A program made the translations under genes and the position numbers. The notes below the pieces were generated by a model. It was not told the origin of the DNA. It worked only from the letters and a program-made list of their open reading frames with translations, and made no database searches. 64,000 bases of DNA from a virus, in the IMG/VR virus record IMGVR_UViG_3300031578_000009, positions 31,690-95,689 of that record. The stretch is one strand, 5' to 3'. This document shows, piece by piece, positions 60,170 to 64,000 of this stretch; position 1 is the stretch's first letter, and every line of letters begins with the position of its first letter.

Positions 60170-60613
60170 ATGGAAAAGAAGAATAAAGAATATAAAAGTT
60201 ATAATTATAGATTTACTCCATTCCTTTTTGGAATAATTGATGGAGCTAGACAATATGCTATCAATAAAGAAAACGATAAAGTTGTAGTATTTGTTAGAGG
60301 AAAAAAGATATTGTTAGAAGAATTTTGTGATTTTGAAGTATCATCTCAAATTAGATTAACTAAAGAAGAAGCTTTAGACTTAATTAAAGGAACAAATGGA
60401 TTTATTTTATCTCAAGGAGATTTTGCAGACCTACCTATTTTATATACAACAAGTGATGAAGTTGAACTTAAGGAAGGTGATTTATTTTATTGGGTAAATC
60501 AGGGATTTATTGGAGTAGGTAGAACTTGTAATATGAACAGTATATTATTTGCTTCAAATTTTCCAATATTTGGTAAAGTGGAAAATGCAGTAGAATTTAT
60601 AATTGAAAATTAA
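60170..60613 (+). CDS. Hypothetical protein
   Basis: ORF in the + operon. Confidence 0.6.
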   Translation: MEKKNKEYKSYNYRFTPFLFGIIDGARQYAINKENDKVVVFVRGKKILLEEFCDFEVSSQIRLTKEEALDLIKGTNGFILSQGDFADLPILYTTSDEVELKEGDLFYWVNQGFIGVGRTCNMNSILFASNFPIFGKVENAVEFIIEN

Positions 60614-60631
60614 TAATAAACACTATAACAG

Positions 60632-60964
60632 ATGAAAGAAGATATTGATAATTTAATAGAACTACATAAAGATAATAAAGGAATTAAGAAGTACATTATG
60701 GTATTGTCTTTAAGAGAATTTAAAAACTTACAGAAATTACTTAGTGAAGAATATAGTATTAAAGAAAAACAGGTTCCAGCATCATTATGGAGACATGCTG
60801 ATGAAGATGGTAAAACTCCTTATAGAGAAGGTACTGTTAAGTTTAAAGGATTTGAACTAAATGTATATTGCCATACTAATATAGTTGGTGGATATGTGAT
60901 ATCTAAGATGAATGATTTACCATTGGTATATATGGATATATTTAAAAATAGTAGTAAGGATTAA
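60632..60964 (+). CDS. Hypothetical protein
   Basis: ORF in the + operon. Confidence 0.6.
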   Translation: MKEDIDNLIELHKDNKGIKKYIMVLSLREFKNLQKLLSEEYSIKEKQVPASLWRHADEDGKTPYREGTVKFKGFELNVYCHTNIVGGYVISKMNDLPLVYMDIFKNSSKD

Positions 60965-61261
60965 TAGTAATATGAATATTATAGATAAAATAACAAAATT
61001 AATGTGCAATTCATCAGTTGGAACTATTAAATCTGATGAGAGGGAATTTACATTATATTGTAATAAGGAATTTAAAGATACATTTGATAAAGTAGTTGCA
61101 GAACCAAAATTGGAATGGATAAATTCAGATTATAGTAAAGATGTATTTATTAGTGGGCTTATGATTACAATAGTAGAAGATGAAGAATTTGATATACCAA
61201 TGTTATCAACTAAGATTATTAGATATAAATTTCCAGAACCAAATTTAAAGTTCATTAAATA

Positions 61262-61810
61262 ATGGAAAGCCTACTAGCTAATTTTGATATAGATAATCCA
61301 AAGAACTTCTGGAAAATATATCCAACATGGAAAACTCCTAAAATATTTAAAGACTTATATGATTCTGATAAATCTAAAGATAAATCAAAATCAAGTCTTA
61401 TAATGTGGGGAATAGTTCATATGTTTGAGAAATCTCCAGAAAATCCTTGGAGAAATATGGATTCTAATGAAAGAGTAGAATTAATTAATGAAGATATAAT
61501 GGATGATTTTGACTTTGATTGGTCAAAATATAAGCCAGTAATTGATTATGCTCAGAAGATATTAATGACTGAAGATGAGAGGAATTTGTTTATACTTGAA
61601 CAATATATAGAAAAAAGACGTAGATTTCTTGAAGAACAACAGGAAGAATTAAGTTTTGAAACAATGAAAGCTCTTGACGAATCTATTAAACGTAATGCTG
61701 ATATAGCTAAAGAACTTGATAGATTAAGAGCAGCAGTATTGCTTACAGAAGATCAAGGACTCACAAAAGGTGGAAAAATTGAAAGTGCTGGAGAACAAGG
61801 GTTAATTTAA
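61262..61810 (+). CDS. Probable terminase small subunit
   Basis: Helical protein ending KGGKIESAGEQGLI, immediately upstream of TerL. Confidence 0.55.
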   Translation: MESLLANFDIDNPKNFWKIYPTWKTPKIFKDLYDSDKSKDKSKSSLIMWGIVHMFEKSPENPWRNMDSNERVELINEDIMDDFDFDWSKYKPVIDYAQKILMTEDERNLFILEQYIEKRRRFLEEQQEELSFETMKALDESIKRNADIAKELDRLRAAVLLTEDQGLTKGGKIESAGEQGLI

Positions 61811-61814
61811 AAAT

Positions 61815-64000
61815 ATGGAATTTATACGAATAAACAACAGAAAAAACTTTCTACTTAGAGAAATACCTACAATTAATCCAGCTTCTAAGAAATATATAAA
61901 ATGGTGGGGCGAACAGAAGAAGCGATCAATAAATGGTTTTTGGTCAATTGATGAAGCTGGAGTTGATGTAGATATTTTACCAGAACAACCAGATTTTCCA
62001 CAAAGCAACTCCTGGAGATATATGCCTCCAGGATGTTATTTTTATGTCAATTTTGGAACTATATTAGTTAATAAAGGTGGAGCATCATCTTCTGCTAAAG
62101 TACCATCAAGACCATCTTTAGATGATGTAGAATGGGAATTTGGATATAATTGGACAGAAGCAAGGGGATTCAGTGGTTTTGAATTTGATGAAGAATATTC
62201 ATGCAATATAAGGTTAATAAAAGATTATACAGACTTAGAATTAGAACAAACTTGTATAGACAAAGATGGAAATAGAGTAGATTTATTATATTATAATTAT
62301 TTTAACAAAAAAGGTCAGCGTAAAACATATGTTACAGTAAGACAATATATAAGACAATTATTTGATAAACCATTAGGAAGACCAATTTATGGAAACATAC
62401 CTGAAAACTTAGATTTGTTAGGTACAAGGGATGGTGGTAAATCGTATTTAACTGCTGGTGAAGTAGTTGTGCCTGAAATACTATTTGATGGACAGAGAGA
62501 TTATGAGAAAAATAAAGGCGATTTACCAGTAGCAGAAGTTGTAGTTGGTTCTGGTATGTCTGATAAATCAAGAGATTTATTAAAAAAGGTTGTATTTATT
62601 ATGGAAAATTTACCTGGTAAATACAATAAAGGTACTAAAAATGAAATACCATGTCCATTCTATAAAACAATGACTGGAAGTATTGGTGCAAATAAAGATT
62701 ATGAGCATAAATACAAGAAGAAGATTGGTGGAGAGATGAAGGATGTTGGCACTGGAGCTATAATTAAACATAGAGTATTTACATCTGAAAATCCAGAAGC
62801 CGCTGCCGGTGGAAGACCTGGAACTATTATAGTTGAAGAACAGGGATTAACGCCAAACTTAATAAGTATTCATGGTGGAAACGTTGCTGCACAAAATGAT
62901 AGTGGAATAAAATTTGGATCTTCATTATACATTGGAACTGCTGGTTCAGTTGAGAAAATACGTGAGGCTGAGATAATATTTAATAATCCAGAAGGATTTG
63001 ATATGTTAACTTTTGACAATATATGGGAACCAGAGCATAAAGATAAAATAGGATGGTTTATTCCAGCTCCATATATGGCAAGAAGATTTAAAGATGAAAA
63101 TGGTAATACAAAAATTAAAGAAGCATATGCTTTTTTTGAAAAACGTAGATTAAAAGCTGCAAAATCGCCATCAAAAAGATCTTATGAGATAGAGAAAATG
63201 AATTATCCATTAGTTCCATCTGAGATGTTTGTTAATGCTGAATCTAATATATTTCCAGTTAGCCAGATAAAGCATCATTATGCAAGAATAATGGGTAATA
63301 AAAAGATGCTTGATCAAAGTTATAAAGTTGAATTTTATGTCAGGGAAGACAATGGTAAGGTTGATTTTAGAAATACTCATGTAAGAAAACCAATAAGAGA
63401 GTTCCCATTAATATCTAAAAAAGAAGAAGGTTTGGATTTAAATGGATGTCCAGAGATATTCAGTATGCCAGCAAGGGCTGATGATGGAACTGTTCCAAGT
63501 GGAATTTATTTAGCTGGATTTGACCCCATTGATGATGATGATAATTCAGATATACAAAGATCATTACAATCTTTCTTTATAGGAAATAGATTAACTAAAG
63601 AGATTGTATTTGAATATACTGGTAGAACAGAATTAGCTTCTGAATTTTATGAACAATGTAGATTAGCCATGTTATATTACAATGCAAGATGTAATTATGA
63701 AAATAATAAAAAAGGGTTCTATGCTCATATGATGAATAGGGCATCATTGTATTTACTAATGGAAACTCCTGAAATATTATTACAGAAAGATATGCAGAAA
63801 TCCAGGGGAGTTGGCAATAAATCCTTGGGAACAAATGCAACAGCAGAAGTTGTATCATGGGGACTTGAGTTAGCTGTTCAATGGCTTCAGGAGAGAGTTG
63901 AAAATCAATCTGAAGGATCTCAATTAACAATTTTACAAACAATAAAATCTCCTGCATTATTAAAGGAATTTATGAGTTTCAAACCAGGTGGAAACTTTGA
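61815..64000 (+). CDS. terL: Terminase large subunit (3'-truncated, absent from the ORF track)
   Basis: ATG at 61815. In-frame YFYVNF, Walker A GTRDGGKSY (62421), Walker B IIVEE, GTAG, nuclease AGFDPIDDD and NYENN. Runs off the end of the window. Confidence 0.9.
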   Translation, partial: MEFIRINNRKNFLLREIPTINPASKKYIKWWGEQKKRSINGFWSIDEAGVDVDILPEQPDFPQSNSWRYMPPGCYFYVNFGTILVNKGGASSSAKVPSRPSLDDVEWEFGYNWTEARGFSGFEFDEEYSCNIRLIKDYTDLELEQTCIDKDGNRVDLLYYNYFNKKGQRKTYVTVRQYIRQLFDKPLGRPIYGNIPENLDLLGTRDGGKSYLTAGEVVVPEILFDGQRDYEKNKGDLPVAEVVVGSGMSDKSRDLLKKVVFIMENLPGKYNKGTKNEIPCPFYKTMTGSIGANKDYEHKYKKKIGGEMKDVGTGAIIKHRVFTSENPEAAAGGRPGTIIVEEQGLTPNLISIHGGNVAAQNDSGIKFGSSLYIGTAGSVEKIREAEIIFNNPEGFDMLTFDNIWEPEHKDKIGWFIPAPYMARRFKDENGNTKIKEAYAFFEKRRLKAAKSPSKRSYEIEKMNYPLVPSEMFVNAESNIFPVSQIKHHYARIMGNKKMLDQSYKVEFYVREDNGKVDFRNTHVRKPIREFPLISKKEEGLDLNGCPEIFSMPARADDGTVPSGIYLAGFDPIDDDDNSDIQRSLQSFFIGNRLTKEIVFEYTGRTELASEFYEQCRLAMLYYNARCNYENNKKGFYAHMMNRASLYLLMETPEILLQKDMQKSRGVGNKSLGTNATAEVVSWGLELAVQWLQERVENQSEGSQLTILQTIKSPALLKEFMSFKPGGNF

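Noticed and set aside
61802-63957. Three - strand ORFs at the right end
   Set aside because: Antisense to the terminase large subunit, which the track missed because it has no stop in the window.
1-64000. Genome-wide stop-codon reassignment (seen in some crAss-like phages)
   Set aside because: The standard code gives intact long genes (vRNAP, TerL, helicases), and several genes end in TAG or TGA just before the next gene or at a natural boundary.

Overview
AT-rich fragment of a crAss-like (Crassvirales-type) phage with a probable Bacteroidota host, judged from TAnnTTTG promoters and gene content. Layout: (1) 1-13.1 kb, + strand: the 5'-truncated giant virion RNA polymerase (DFDVD motif plus C-terminal HExxH zincin), a ferritin and a second large virion protein. 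(2) 13.1-52.2 kb, - strand: replication and accessory genes (RNA ligase, nucleotide-pool enzymes, RusA-like resolvase, 5'-3' exonuclease, primase, SSB, AAA ATPase, DnaB, initiator-like protein, SF2 helicase), then an ncRNA/tRNA-rich early region. (3) 52.4-64 kb, + strand: small genes, a metallophosphoesterase, an HU/IHF-like protein, the small terminase and the 3'-truncated large terminase. The most striking unannotated structure is at 32.05-35.5 kb: a tandem array of 11 integron-type attC sites delimiting 11 small (255-362 bp) cassettes, with no integrase in the window. Every cassette ORF is inverted relative to normal integron polarity. Six ORFs start inside the attC hairpin and five use the complement of the GTTA recombination core as their stop codon. 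Also notable: a complete Ubl-E2-JAB-E1 ubiquitin-like operon next to the primase; no DNA polymerase but a stand-alone DnaE C-terminal fragment with a QLTLF clamp-binding motif plus a DnaA domain-IV-like protein; a TnpB-only IS element; and several repeated structured RNA motifs and tRNA mimics. All protein calls come from motif recognition by eye, not from database searches.
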